64,000 bases of DNA from Gemmatimonadales bacterium. GTDB lineage: Bacteria > Gemmatimonadota > Gemmatimonadetes > Gemmatimonadales > GWC2-71-9. The DNA is taken from the NCBI GenBank assembly GCA_036004545.1, contig DASYRI010000111.1, positions 16,033 to 80,032 of the forward strand, read 5' to 3'. The notes beneath the pieces are model-generated. The model was given only the letters and a program-made list of their open reading frames with translations. It was not told the origin of the DNA and made no database searches. Position numbers and translations under genes: made by a program. Below are positions 45,211-53,254 of this stretch, piece by piece; positions within the stretch are counted from its first letter, which is position 1, and each line of letters starts with the position of its first letter.

Positions 45211-45825
45211 ATGCGTTGGAGAGTCCTTCTCGCTGCGGTGAGTGGATTCGCCGGACTGGGTTTCTTGGCCGATGCGGCAAACCCGTCACGGCTTTGCGCG
45301 GACGGGACGTGCGACGAGGAAGGCGCGGACCTTACCAGTCCTGAGTTCTATACATCCAACGTGCGGGTTGTGATTCGGATCAACAATGTTGGAGACCGAA
45401 CGCTCTATGCGCGAGCGACGCACTGGATCAATCAGAACAAACGTCAGGGCCCCGGCAGCGCGTGGTACGTGCCGGCATCCTGGGACCCGTCGGACAAAGA
45501 CTCGGACGGCAAACAGTGGTTTGCGGAAGGGAATTGGCTGGGACTCTGTACCTGCGTTGGAAGAATCCCCTATATCCGCGCGGCGTCTCCTCCCGGTAAC
45601 TTCGACGGAACCACTTGGTCGGTTCAGACGGAAGAAGACATCGAACAAGACACCGGAGGCGAAGGGGGCGGCGGCGGCGGTGGCGGGGGTGGCAGCGGAG
45701 GAGGGATGACCTGCTACACCCTGACAACCGATTGGTACTGGTACTATCCGGACACCGACACGTACGTATACGATCACTCGGATTACCGGAGCTGGTGCGA
45801 AAACAACGGGGAGTACCAGACGTGA
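45211..45825 (+). CDS. orphan secreted Cys-containing protein with a poly-Gly linker and an aromatic/acidic C-terminal mini-domain (cassette gene 2)
   Basis: GGAG 8 nt upstream of the ATG, a signal peptide, 6 Cys residues, and GGEGGGGGGGGGGSGGG followed by MTCYTLTTDWYWYYPDTDTYVYDHSDYRSWCENNGEYQT. Confidence 0.55.
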   Translation: MRWRVLLAAVSGFAGLGFLADAANPSRLCADGTCDEEGADLTSPEFYTSNVRVVIRINNVGDRTLYARATHWINQNKRQGPGSAWYVPASWDPSDKDSDGKQWFAEGNWLGLCTCVGRIPYIRAASPPGNFDGTTWSVQTEEDIEQDTGGEGGGGGGGGGGSGGGMTCYTLTTDWYWYYPDTDTYVYDHSDYRSWCENNGEYQT

Positions 45826-45874
45826 GAGCAGACGATTGCCGAACCGCCTGTTCGACCCCCGCTGGAGCTTGGGT

Positions 45875-46348
45875 ATGAATCCCAATAAGGTGGTCAACGT
45901 ATCTGCCTGCGCTCTGCTATTGATGTGTCCAGGGGTGGGTGGCAATCTTCTCGCACAGGGAAGCCCTTTTGCTCCACCAAATCTCCCGGACGGGCGAGTG
46001 CCTGTCACACTCGTCCTGGTGAGCAACGGAGCGGCTCCCACCGTGTTCAGACGCGCCGGTCCTGAGCCGAGGAATCTGGTCCTGGTGGATTCCGCGAAGA
46101 TGGATGTTCAGAAGCTTTCCGATGCGATCTTCGGGCTCCTCGTGCTGGAGGCAACCGATCCGGGCGGCACCAATCGCAGCGATAACGAGGCGAGGCGCAT
46201 CAGCCTTGACAAACCGCACCCGGTTTACCGATGGGCGGAAGACGCGCTCATTCGACTGAAAAGCGCCACAAAACAACCGATCAGCGGCCTGGGTGAGCAC
46301 CGAAGTCTTAGAATGTGGTTGCCACTAGTGCGAGGACACGGCCGTTAG
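45875..46348 (+). CDS. orphan secreted protein, distant paralog of cassette gene 1 (cassette gene 3)
   Basis: Signal peptide from ATG 45875. Shared pattern with gene 1: P(S/T)VF, GP..RN(V/L)VL(I/V), ...(I/L)..L(R/K)S......G.G......(V/W)(T/L)(L/P). Confidence 0.5.
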   Translation: MNPNKVVNVSACALLLMCPGVGGNLLAQGSPFAPPNLPDGRVPVTLVLVSNGAAPTVFRRAGPEPRNLVLVDSAKMDVQKLSDAIFGLLVLEATDPGGTNRSDNEARRISLDKPHPVYRWAEDALIRLKSATKQPISGLGEHRSLRMWLPLVRGHGR

Positions 46349-46472
46349 CATGAGCCCCTGACCTCCAGGAGGGCGCGCGAGAGCGCCGGCGAGAAAGTTC
46401 GAAGTCGAGCTCATGCGGTGCCCCACACGTCCTTCTCCGCAGCGGGGTGCTCGTTCGAAGGGCGCGTTGCAG

Positions 46473-46514
46473 AGCGGGCGACCGGACTCGAACCGGCGAC
46501 GTCCAGCTTGGGAA
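46473..46514 (-). tRNA. orphan 3' fragment of tRNA-Gly(CCC): anticodon loop to discriminator, no 5' half
   Basis: The minus strand reads TTCCCAA GCTGG ACGTC GCCGG TTCGAGT CCGGT CGCCCGC T. That is the anticodon loop (CCC), the 3' anticodon stem, the variable loop, a complete T-arm, the acceptor 3' strand and U73. No matching GCGGGCG 5' acceptor strand or D-arm lies upstream. Confidence 0.7.
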
Positions 46515-46854
46515 TGGGCGAGCCCGACGATCCCGACCTCTCGAGCGTTACCAGCGACCCCTTCCAGGTTCGACTCGACTGGTTCGACTATCCCCACTAC
46601 CGCACGGTGACGGGTATCGTCGAGATCGCGTTCTGAGCGCTCTCAGGAACACCGCGACGCGCCGTTGCCGTAGCGGGCCAGGAATCTCCTTCCCCCTCCC
46701 GACGGTTCTCTGTGCCATCGGTCCGGAGTGCGACCCCATCAGCCCCCGCGCCGCCCCGCCCGCGATCCTGTAGCTATCCGCTCGTCTCGCGATAACTTGA
46801 AGGCGTCCCTGCACCACTTGTACGCCTCCCACCCTCCGGCCGGAGCGCCGCGCG

Positions 46855-47820
46855 ATGGGAACCGAACCGGCCGAGAAAAAGCCCCGCCGCCGGCGGAAGA
46901 CCGCGGCACCCGAGCCGCGCGGCCTGAGCGCGCGGCAGGTCGGCGCCGGTTCGCCCCCCGGCCCGGTCATGCGCCTCATGGAGCAGGTCGAGGCCGACGG
47001 CGGCTCGGTGATCGGCCCCTATCGCGAGCCGCTGGGCGGGCTCTGGCAGGTCATCGCCGCGCTGCCGGTCGAGCGGGTGGAGCCCACACCCTACCAGCGC
47101 GACCTCTCCGAGCCCCACGTCGCGCGCCTCGCGGAAGCGATCGAGAAGCTGGGCCGCTACGTGGATCCGATCGTGGTGGTGCGCGGCGACGACGGCAAGT
47201 ACTGGACCCCGAACGGCAATCATCGGCTCGCGGCGCTCCGGTCGCTCGGCGTGCGCTCGGTGGTGGCGCTGGTGGTGCCCGAGCCGGAGGTCGCCCGGCG
47301 AATTCTGGTGCTCAACACCGAAAAGGCCCACAACGTCCGGGAGCGCGCGCTCGAGGTGATCCGCCTGGCGGAGGCGCTGGCCGGCCTCGACGACCGCCCC
47401 GAGCGCGACTACGCCACCGAGTTCGAGGAGCCGGCGCTCCTGACCCTGGGGCTCTGCTACCAGCAGAACGGGCGCTTCTCCGGCGGCGCCTATCACCCGG
47501 TGCTCAAGCGGACCGAGAAGTTCGGCGCGCAGAAGCTCTCCAGCGCGCTCGCCACGCGCCGGGACCGCTCGGCGCGACTCATGGAGCTCGATGCTGCGGT
47601 GTTGGAAGCGGTGAAGAAGCTCCGCGAGCGGGGGCTGGAGAGTCCCTACCTCAAGGCGTTCGTGCTGGCCCGGATCAACCCGCTCCGCTTCCAGCGTGGC
47701 GCCAAGGCGGATCCCGACGACGTGATCGCCACCATGCTCGCCGCCGCGAAAAGGCTCGACCCCGCCAGGGTGAAAGCGGACCAGGTGGCGCGGTCGGGGG
47801 GCGTGCCGGACGAGGGATGA
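46855..47820 (+). CDS. ParB N-terminal-domain (ParB/Srx-fold) protein
   Basis: VERVEPTPYQRDL...PIVVV....YWTPNGNHRLAALRSLG is typical of the ParB-like nuclease/CTPase fold. The basic N-terminus is KKPRRRRK. Confidence 0.7.
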   Translation: MGTEPAEKKPRRRRKTAAPEPRGLSARQVGAGSPPGPVMRLMEQVEADGGSVIGPYREPLGGLWQVIAALPVERVEPTPYQRDLSEPHVARLAEAIEKLGRYVDPIVVVRGDDGKYWTPNGNHRLAALRSLGVRSVVALVVPEPEVARRILVLNTEKAHNVRERALEVIRLAEALAGLDDRPERDYATEFEEPALLTLGLCYQQNGRFSGGAYHPVLKRTEKFGAQKLSSALATRRDRSARLMELDAAVLEAVKKLRERGLESPYLKAFVLARINPLRFQRGAKADPDDVIATMLAAAKRLDPARVKADQVARSGGVPDEG

Positions 47821-47830
47821 CATAACCCGC

Positions 47831-50218
47831 ATGGCCGAGCTCTGGGAGCAGCTTCAGGCCACGCTGGGCGGCGCCTACACGCTGGAGCGCGAGCTGGGCG
47901 GCGGCGGGATGTCGCGGGTTTTCGTGGCCACCGAACGGCGCCTCGGCCGCCGGGTGGTGGTGAAGGTCCTGCGCTCCGAGATCGCGGCCGGAACCAGCGC
48001 GGAGCGGTTCGAGCGGGAGATGGCGCTCTGTGCCCGCTGCCACCATCCCCACATCGTCCCGCTCCTCGCCGCGGGCGAGGTCGGCGGCCTTCCCTGGTTC
48101 ACGATGCCGCTGGTGGAGGGGGAATCGCTCCGCGACCGGCTGGAGCGGCAGGGCCCGCTGCCCGTGGGGGAGGCGGTGCGCCTGCTGACCGAAGTGGCCG
48201 ATGCCCTGGCCTACGCGCACCGCCTGGGCATCGTCCATCGCGACATCAAGCCCGAGAACATCCTGCTCCACGACGGCCACGCCGTCGTCGCCGACTTCGG
48301 GGTGGCCAAGGCCTTCCACGCCGCGACCCGGGCCGAGCTCCCGTCGCAGGCCACCGGCGTCGGCGTCGTGATCGGCACGCCGGCCTACATGGCACCCGAA
48401 CAGGCGATGGGTGACGCCGGCGTGGACCATCGGGTGGATCTCTACGCGCTCGGCGTGGTGGCCTTCGAGCTCCTCACCGGCCAGCACCCGTTCAGTGGGA
48501 TGACTCCTCAGGCGATCCTCGCGGCGCAGCTGAACCGGACTCCGCCGCCGATCGCGCGGGCACGTCCCGAGTGTCCGCCCGGGCTCGCGGCGCTGATCGG
48601 CCGGCTGCTCGCGCGGGAGCCCGCGGACCGCCCGGCGACGGCGGAGGAGGTGCGCGCCGAGCTCCTCGCCCTGGCGGGCGGCGCCGCCGCTCACGCCGGA
48701 AGCCGGCCTCCGGGCCGTCGGGTCTGGCTCGCGGTCGGGGCTCCCTTCCTCGCCGCATCGCTGCTGTTGATCGCGCTGGCCGCCCGGCATCGCCCGAATC
48801 CAAGGCCGGCGCCGGCCTCCGGCGATGCCGGAGTGAAATCGCTGGCGGTGCTTCCCTTTCAGAACATCGGAGGAGACTCGACCACCAACTACTTCAGCGA
48901 TGGGCTGGCCGAGGAGCTGATCAGCGCGCTGGGCCGGCTCGGGGGTCTCCGGGTGGCGTCGCGCACCTCCGCGTTCGCCGCCAAGGCGCGGAGCGGCGAC
49001 CTGCGCGAAATCGGACAGCGCCTCGCCGTGGCGACGGTGCTCGAGAGCAGCGTGCGCCGCGATGGTCCCCGGGTCCGGGTCACCACCCGCCTGGTGGACG
49101 TCGCGCGCGATTCCCAGCTCTGGACCGGAGAGTACGAGAGCCGGCTCGAGAACGTCTTTGCGGTGCAGGACACCATCGCCCACGCCATCGCGGGGGCGCT
49201 CCGGATCACCCTGGCCCGCGGAGGGGGAGCGCGGCTGGTCGCCCAGGGCACCGCCGATCCGGAGGCGCACGACCTGTACCTGCGGGGCCGCGAGTTCCTC
49301 GCCAATCGGACGCCGGTCTCGCTGCGGAAGGCGATCGACGCCTTCCGCGCGGCGCTGGCCCGGGACTCGACCTACGCGCTGGCCCAGGCGGGCCTCGCCG
49401 ATGCCTACAGCCTGGCCGTGCCGTTTGGCGGCTTCTACCCCGCCGAGGCGATTCCGCTGGCCGAGACCGCGGCCCACCGGGCGCTCGCGCTGGATTCCAC
49501 GCTGGCGGAGGTGCACGTCTCCCTCGGCATCATCGCGATGTTTCACGACTGGGACTGGAGGGAGGCGAGCCGGCGCCTTTCCCGCGCCGTCCAGCTCAAC
49601 CCAAGCTCGGCGCAGGCGCGGCTGTTCCATGCCTGGTACCTCCTGCTGACCGGCCGTCCCGAGGAAGGGCTGGCCGAAGTCGAGCGGGCGAGGACGCTGG
49701 ATCCGCTCTCGCTGATCATCAACACGCGGGTGGCGAGCTTCCTGCACTTCATGGGGCGCGACGCGGAGGCCATTCCCGCCTTCCAGCGTGCCCTCGCGCT
49801 CGACTCCACGTTCGCGCCCGCCCGGGCCGGGCTCGCGCTTTCCTATGCGGAGCTCGGGCGCTTCAAGGAGGCGCTGTCCCTTCCCGCCCCCCTCGAATCC
49901 CTGCTGGGGACCTTCGAGGCGGGCACGTTCGCCGCGGTGCAGGCGATGGCGGGCCGCCCCTTCGAGGCAAGGCGGATTCTGGGCGAAATGGAAACGGTTC
50001 GGAAGCAGCGCTACATGGGAGCGGAGGGATTCGCCGACGTGCGCGCGGTCCTGGGAGATACCGACGCGGCGTTCGCCGAGCTGGAGCGGGGCTATCGGGA
50101 GCGTGCGTTCACGCTCGTCACCATCCGGGTCGAGCCGATGCTCGCCCCACTCCACGCCGATCCGCGCTGGGGCCGGCTCATGGCACGGCTCAATTTTCCG
50201 CCTGCGCCCACCCGTTAA
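47831..50218 (+). CDS. Ser/Thr protein kinase with TM, periplasmic TolB-N-like module and TPR repeats
   Basis: GGGMSRVF, VVK, HRDIKPEN, DFG, APE; then SLAVLPFQNIGGDSTTNYFSDGLAEELI; then TPR-like repeats. Confidence 0.9.
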   Translation: MAELWEQLQATLGGAYTLERELGGGGMSRVFVATERRLGRRVVVKVLRSEIAAGTSAERFEREMALCARCHHPHIVPLLAAGEVGGLPWFTMPLVEGESLRDRLERQGPLPVGEAVRLLTEVADALAYAHRLGIVHRDIKPENILLHDGHAVVADFGVAKAFHAATRAELPSQATGVGVVIGTPAYMAPEQAMGDAGVDHRVDLYALGVVAFELLTGQHPFSGMTPQAILAAQLNRTPPPIARARPECPPGLAALIGRLLAREPADRPATAEEVRAELLALAGGAAAHAGSRPPGRRVWLAVGAPFLAASLLLIALAARHRPNPRPAPASGDAGVKSLAVLPFQNIGGDSTTNYFSDGLAEELISALGRLGGLRVASRTSAFAAKARSGDLREIGQRLAVATVLESSVRRDGPRVRVTTRLVDVARDSQLWTGEYESRLENVFAVQDTIAHAIAGALRITLARGGGARLVAQGTADPEAHDLYLRGREFLANRTPVSLRKAIDAFRAALARDSTYALAQAGLADAYSLAVPFGGFYPAEAIPLAETAAHRALALDSTLAEVHVSLGIIAMFHDWDWREASRRLSRAVQLNPSSAQARLFHAWYLLLTGRPEEGLAEVERARTLDPLSLIINTRVASFLHFMGRDAEAIPAFQRALALDSTFAPARAGLALSYAELGRFKEALSLPAPLESLLGTFEAGTFAAVQAMAGRPFEARRILGEMETVRKQRYMGAEGFADVRAVLGDTDAAFAELERGYRERAFTLVTIRVEPMLAPLHADPRWGRLMARLNFPPAPTR

Positions 50219-50272
50219 CTGTTAACCGTTCGCCGTTCACGGCCCCGTCCCCTGACCCCTGACCCCTGTCCT
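50212..50272. repeat. CCGTTAAC-type units followed by CCCCTGA heptamers
   Basis: Fills the 52-nt gap between convergent genes and includes both stop codons (TAA 50216-50218 and the complement of CTA 50271-50273). Confidence 0.85.
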
Positions 50273-51338
50273 ACGGCGCCTTCCCCAGCACCCCGATACT
50301 CGCCACGGTGCCGCCCTTGGTGAGCGACGGCACCGCGTTGATGTAGAGCACCAGCCCCGCCTCGGGCGCGGTGAAGTCCGCCAGCTTCCGGCCCAGGTAG
50401 TCGGTGACGTAGCCCAGCCGGGCGCCGGCCTGCACCCACATGTCGCGGGGAACCAGCGGGTAGAAGACGCCGTTCGTGTCGCTCGAAACGGTCACCACCC
50501 TGGTGAACCAGAGCGGGTGCTTGAGCGGCTTGAGCTCGCGCGGGATCATCCTGAGGTAGCCCATCACGTTGAGGCACCCGGCGATCAGCGCGTCGAGATC
50601 GGCGGGCATCACCGTCCCGGCGTAACCCGCCTCCGCGGTGATCGAGGGCTTGCCCCGGGTGGTCGCCGTGTTCTCCAGGTAGCGCGACGCGGCCGGGTCC
50701 TTCGGCCGGTCGGTCGAGACGATGATGTGGTCGAGCCCGAAGGCGAGCACCATCGCCTTGGAGATCGAGTCCTGCTTCGGGTTGCCGGTGACGGTCCAGT
50801 AGCTGTAGGGACGGAGGCTCTCGTCCAGGTCCCCGCCGTGGAGATCGATGAGATGGTCGCTCGGCTCCACGACCTGCCTGGTGATCAGGTCCGACGCCCG
50901 CTCGGTGACGGTGCCGGCCGGATTCCCCGGATAGAAGCGATTCATGTTCTTCCGGTCGCCCGGGTTCAGGTGCGGCACCTTCTGCTCGAACGAGGCGATG
51001 TTGACCAGCGGAACGACGATCACGGTGCCGGCGATCGTTCCGGGATCCAGCTGCCCTATCAGCTTCTCGAGCGCGATGATCGAGGCGTACTCGGTGCCGT
51101 GCGCGCCGGACACCAGGGCGAGCACCGGCCCCGGGCGGGCGCCGTGGATCACAGCGACGGGAATCGCGTAGCCCGAATCCACCCCCGGCGGAACGGTGAT
51201 CGCGCCGAAGGCCTTCTCGCCCCGCCGGGCCGTGGCCGTGCCGACCGTGAAGCTGAGATGGGCATCCGGCGCCTGGGCGGGCGCGGCGGGGGGCGCCGCG
51301 AGCGGCGCGAGCAGGGCGAGGGCGGCGGCGAAGCGCAT
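50271..51338 (-). CDS. succinylglutamate desuccinylase/aspartoacylase-family (M14-like) zinc hydrolase, secreted
   Basis: Signal peptide, SGAHGTEY...NR.YPG...DLHGGD motifs. Start at ATG 51338. Confidence 0.8.
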   Translation of the reverse strand: MRFAAALALLAPLAAPPAAPAQAPDAHLSFTVGTATARRGEKAFGAITVPPGVDSGYAIPVAVIHGARPGPVLALVSGAHGTEYASIIALEKLIGQLDPGTIAGTVIVVPLVNIASFEQKVPHLNPGDRKNMNRFYPGNPAGTVTERASDLITRQVVEPSDHLIDLHGGDLDESLRPYSYWTVTGNPKQDSISKAMVLAFGLDHIIVSTDRPKDPAASRYLENTATTRGKPSITAEAGYAGTVMPADLDALIAGCLNVMGYLRMIPRELKPLKHPLWFTRVVTVSSDTNGVFYPLVPRDMWVQAGARLGYVTDYLGRKLADFTAPEAGLVLYINAVPSLTKGGTVASIGVLGKAP

Positions 51339-51456
51339 GGCGGGCCTCAGCGGCGACGAGGTGATCTGGCGCGACGGCGGGCGGCGTCCGATGTTACTGC
51401 CGTTCCGCCGCCGTGGCGAGGCCGCGGCGCGGCCCGAAAGAGGGTGGAGGCGTGGC

Positions 51457-52758
51457 GTGAAACGGCGCGACTTCAACCGGCATCTCCTTGGGGCGGCGGC
51501 CGCCGCCCTCCTGCCGCCCTGGTCCTCCCGCCAGGCTGGGCTCCGGGTGGACGGTGCCCGGATCCTCGCCCACCTCGCCGCCCTCGCCGAGCTCGGGAAG
51601 AATGAGCGGGGAGGTGTCAGCCGGGTCGCGTACACCGAATCCGACCGGCAGGGCCGCGAGGTGGGGATGGGCTGGATGCGCGAAGCGGGGCTTGAGACCA
51701 CGGTGGACGCGGCAGCCAACCTGGTCGGCCGCCGCTCCGGGCGGGACGCGTCGCTCAAGCCGATCGTCCTCGGCTCCCACATCGACTCGGTGCCCCAGGG
51801 CGGAAACTACGACGGCGACGTCGGCTCGCTCTCCGCCATCGAGGTGGCGCGTACCCTCGATACGGCGGGTCTGACGCTCCGCCACCCGCTCGAGGTGCTG
51901 ATCTTCCAGAACGAGGAGGGTGGCACGATCGGAAGCCACGCGATCGCGACGGGCCTGAGCGAGGCCGAGCTGGGCCGCGTGGCCCAGAGCGGCAAGACGA
52001 TCCGGGAGGGAATCCGCTTCCTCGGCGGCGATCCCGACCGGCTGGAGTCGGCGCGCCGCAAGCCGGGCGACATCGCCGGGTATCTGGAGCTCCACATCGA
52101 GCAGGGCGGCGTCCTCGACGAGCGCAAGATCCCGATCGGGGTGGTCCTCGGAATCGTGGGGATCCGGCACTGGGACGTCACGATCGAGGGCTTCGCGAAC
52201 CACGCCGGCACCACCCCGATGGACCGGCGGAAGGACGCGCTGCTCACCGCCGCGCGGAGCATCGAGGCGGTCAATCGCCTGGTGCGCGCCACGCCCGGCC
52301 GCCAGGTGGGGACGGTCGGAAGGATCCAGGCAGCGCCGGGCGCCTATAATGTGATCCCTGACAGGGTTACCTTCGGACTCGAGCTGCGCGACCTGGACGA
52401 GGCGAAAATCCTCCGGCTGCACCGGCAGATCATCGCGGAGTGCCGGCGGCTCGCCCGCGCGGACGGTACCACGCTCTCGGAGAAGGAGACCCTCGCCATC
52501 ACCCCCGCCTTCTCCGACCCCCGGATCCGCCGCGTCATCGCGGAGGCCGCGCGCGTGCTCGGACTTGCCACGCTCGCGCTGCCGAGCGGGGCGGGCCACG
52601 ACGCGCAGGAGATGGCGCGGCTCGGCCCCGTGGGCATGATCTTCATTCCAAGCGTGGGCGGCATCAGCCACTCGCCCAGAGAATTCTCCCGCCCCGCCGA
52701 CATCGAGCGCGGCGCCAACGTCCTGCTCCACGCGCTCCTCGCCCTCGATGCCGCGTGA
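51457..52758 (+). CDS. M20-family amidohydrolase (allantoate / N-carbamoyl-L-amino-acid amidohydrolase type) with a Tat-like signal
   Basis: KRRDFNRHLLGAAAAALL, GSHIDSVPQGGNYDGDVG and HAGTTPM motifs. GTG 51457 is chosen; ATG 51391 is an alternative. Confidence 0.85.
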   Translation: MKRRDFNRHLLGAAAAALLPPWSSRQAGLRVDGARILAHLAALAELGKNERGGVSRVAYTESDRQGREVGMGWMREAGLETTVDAAANLVGRRSGRDASLKPIVLGSHIDSVPQGGNYDGDVGSLSAIEVARTLDTAGLTLRHPLEVLIFQNEEGGTIGSHAIATGLSEAELGRVAQSGKTIREGIRFLGGDPDRLESARRKPGDIAGYLELHIEQGGVLDERKIPIGVVLGIVGIRHWDVTIEGFANHAGTTPMDRRKDALLTAARSIEAVNRLVRATPGRQVGTVGRIQAAPGAYNVIPDRVTFGLELRDLDEAKILRLHRQIIAECRRLARADGTTLSEKETLAITPAFSDPRIRRVIAEAARVLGLATLALPSGAGHDAQEMARLGPVGMIFIPSVGGISHSPREFSRPADIERGANVLLHALLALDAA

Positions 52759-53254
52759 GGCCGTGACGGTGTCCCGCAAGCTGCTGGCCATCGCCGGCCC
52801 GGGCGAGGGTGCGTCCGCCGAGGCCGTCGCCGATGCCGAGCGGATCGGCGAGCTCGCCGCGAGCGCGGGCTGGGTGGTGATCTGCGGCGGACGGAACGCC
52901 GGCGTCATGGCGGCCGCGGCGCGCGGGGCCGCGCGGGCGGGCGGCATCGCGCTGGGCCTGCTCCCGTCGCCCGACGACCGCGACACGGCGCCGGGGCTCA
53001 CCGCCGCGCTCGCCACCGGGCTCGGCGAGGCGCGGGACGCCGTGCTCGCGCAGAGCTGCCACGCGATGGTGGTCTGCGGGATGAGCGCCGGCACGGCGGC
53101 GGAAGTGGCGCTCGCGATCAGGGCGTGGAAGCCGGTGGTGCTGGTCCGGCCCGACCGCGCCGCCGAAGAGTTTCTGGGCGGCCTGAGCGGCGACCGGGTC
53201 TTCGTCGTGAGCGACGCCGATCAGGCCGTCGCCCTGCTCATGACGAGCAGCTGA
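52748..53254 (+). CDS. TIGR00725/LOG-like Rossmann-fold protein
   Basis: VICGGRNAGVMAAAARGA...GG and MSAGTAAEVALA patterns. It overlaps the upstream stop by 11 nt and converges on selO with a 17-nt overlap. Confidence 0.65.
   Translation: MPREAVTVSRKLLAIAGPGEGASAEAVADAERIGELAASAGWVVICGGRNAGVMAAAARGAARAGGIALGLLPSPDDRDTAPGLTAALATGLGEARDAVLAQSCHAMVVCGMSAGTAAEVALAIRAWKPVVLVRPDRAAEEFLGGLSGDRVFVVSDADQAVALLMTSS

Noticed and set aside
46440-46560. A complete tRNA gene.
   Set aside because: Only the 3' 42 nt fold as a tRNA. There is no GCGGGCG 5' acceptor strand, no D-arm, and no 5' anticodon-stem complement (CCAGC) upstream.
44231-47820. A prophage or integrative-element call.
   Set aside because: No integrase, excisionase, transposase, or phage structural or replication gene is recognisable in the window. 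Only the tRNA fragment, the compositional shift and a ParB-fold gene hint at past mobility.
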